Shown here: one piece after another, positions 61,747 to 64,000 of the stretch | Layout of the letters: each line of letters begins with the position of its first letter | How positions within the stretch are numbered: position 1 is the first letter of the stretch | Assembly (NCBI GenBank): GCA_965637545.1 | Contig: OZ281500.1 | Location: forward strand, 6,882,001-6,946,000 | Direction: 5' to 3' | DNA: 64,000 bases | DNA from: Phallusia mammillata | Lineage: Eukaryota | Notes under the pieces: generated by a model | The model's input: only the letters and a program-made list of their open reading frames with translations | Database searches by the model: none | Told to the model about the DNA's origin: nothing | Position numbers and translations under genes: made by a program

Positions 61747-64000
61747 ATTTGTTGCTAGCACTTGTTTTAGTAAGTCTCACAAAAAAGGTATCTGAACAAA
61801 AATGACTCACATTAGCAAACAATAACAGACAAGTCGAGACATGCACCCAGCTGCTAACAACACACACATTACACACTGACGACCTTTATCTGACTGAGAG
61901 CAAGTTAATTATTTATATAATCGACTTTTAAAAACCAAACATTGCTACCTCTAGCTCTCTATACTGCAGGTAATCAGTCTTACAGTTTAGCAAATTTGCC
62001 TCAAACCGTTTGTAGGTTAGATAATGCATGTTATAAGTAAAATAACCAATTACATTCTTCCTTACATAAAATACCCTATAATGTGAAACTTATAGCAGAT
62101 AACGTAAAACACAACGACTAAGCAACTGCGACCGCCCCTTCCAGCGCTGACTTGCTTACTAAATGACCGTTTACTACGTTCAGACTTGTTCAGGTCTTGT
62201 CCGGGCGTGCCCTCGCCAACAACACGGTCGACTACGCCATTCAAATCCAACCGACGTACTACAACCGTTTGCTTCTCGAAATCCGAGCCCCTCCTCTTAT
62301 TGCCCTGTGTCTCTTTTTTTCTCCATGGGTTCTCCGCCCTTCTCTTTTTTCATCATTATTGCCTTTTTCTCTAGTTTTCGCTTCTCTCTTCACCTACTCG
62401 ACCAGCACCGGCGACCCGATCGCGCCACACATCTGTTCGATTCCCGCAGACAAGATTAAATCGATTTTCACGCTCAGTGCACAGCAACGAATGCGACATA
62501 TGACAGCCATTGTGCGCCTGTGTACAAGTTAACTTTCATTGTTCGTTGCGTTCCACCAAAATGTACGCGTATTGGCGTACTGACTTAGCTGGAAACAGTT
62601 TTGTAGAATTTTGACAATGTTTAACTGTTGTATATGAATTAGAAATAAATATTTTCAAAAACACTACTAAAATGATACAATGGAAAACAATAAAACAATG
62701 AAAACTACCTTTACCAACCTGTAACGTACCCCACTATAAACGATAAATACAAGATTAATTGGATTTGTTAAAAAAACGGAAAATGCAACCTAAGTACATG
62801 CGTTGTGTACGAAGCCGGATTGTGGTTTTTGTGAACACCTTGTGCCCTACTTTTGTCGACAAAGCTGCTTATGATTGGCTTAGAAAAGTATACATATACT
62901 TCGACAAAAATCAATAATCTTTCCACCTATGAAAACATACTACAAGCTGTATATCGTGTCATTTTGCTACAAATGTTTATCCTAAATGCAGGGTCGTCTT
63001 TCCAAACCCGTATTTTTACCGCTGTTTGATGCTCGCGTTCCAAAGTCGCAAGCTCTCGCGACAATTCCTTTAACACATGTTCATTGTTCAGAATATGTTG
63101 TGGTCACAGTGGCACGCGTTGCATTATTCTGCTGCCAAATTGCTTTAATCGCCGGTGAAAGGCGATAATTTGCGCCCGACATACGGCGCACTCAGGGGGA
63201 CAGAGCATATGTCGCAGCGGCGAACGTCAGGGCTGTCGGCTGTTGCTCTGTGACGTAACAAGCAACAGATGGCTGAACGAAAGTGCCCACTCGGGCAAAA
63301 ACAACACTGACATCGCAATCGATGAAAATCGCCATTGTTCAGTGGTTTAGAACAACTGCTGTTGCACATCGGTTTATCTGCATTGTCTAATAGAAAGTAA
63401 ACTTGTTGAACACGACTTCGTGACATATTGTTGCAAGCGTAAAATCGTGTGTGAAAACGTTTGTTTTGCTAATCCTTTGTCACTATATGGATCTGTCCTT
63501 TGATCGAGCCCAGTTGGTTTGTAAATCACGGTCCTTTCTTTGTGGTATCAGGGACGTGATGAAAGGCGCACCGACAGCATCGCATGGCAACGAGCTCATA
63601 TATTATTCACCCAACTAGCGATCCGCTGCTAATTACTCAACAGCAGGCAAAGGTGGCACGTGCAAAACCAGTTAATATACACTGAAACAGACTCCGGCGC
63701 TCGACCTCTACTATCGACTTTCGTGAAAGGTGACACCAAGAGCCAGAAAAGTGAAAACTTCGCGCCCTATGTACTTGCCCCATTTCACAGCCAAGGTCGA
63801 AAAGCTTTTTGCGCCCGATTTACGGTACAGCAGTTTCCCTTGTAAACCAGCGTGATGCTCTGGTTGCAAGTTCCGAAGCAGCAAGGCGAACGGGCATTTA
63901 CATCACAACTGCTTTGTAGCGCAACTGTTGACACCCGTCAAAACAAAGGCTCTGTTAAAAACGCCAGGTCTGCCTTTTAATGTGCTTCAAAGGTAGTCTT

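Noticed and set aside
63145-63426. Cys-rich 93-aa minus-strand ORF
   Set aside because: Cys spacing fits no zinc-finger or other known pattern, and there is no splice support.

Overview
Eukaryotic, AT-rich, intron-dense genomic DNA with many short introns and many MITEs. The compact genes with chordate-type proteins suggest a tunicate/ascidian (inference). Genes reconstructed by hand from splice sites and ORF fragments, in order: an orphan two-TM protein (+, ~4.9-6.6 kb); KDSR (-); a divergent SNX5/6-type sorting nexin (-); two adjacent intronless orphan ORFs sharing a C-terminal SPF...CC motif (-); EXTL3 (-); EEF1D (+); archaemetzincin AMZ2 (+); a membrane-anchored ZP-domain protein (-); and, after ~15 kb without recognisable coding sequence, the main exon of a Cip/Kip CDK inhibitor (-). 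Non-coding content includes several hAT-type MITEs with 8-bp TSDs and a foldback/MULE-type element with a 9-bp TSD. The most striking unexplained signal is a set of six loci carrying type-I hammerhead ribozyme motifs of the Penelope/retrozyme kind, several inside short inverted repeats. Four lie in EXTL3 introns, where the copies sense to the pre-mRNA carry inactivating changes and the one intact copy is antisense. Also notable are a dense Su(H)/CSL-site cluster next to the CKI exon and a ZP domain that has lost both cysteines of one conserved disulfide. Exon boundaries were read by eye and no searches were run.
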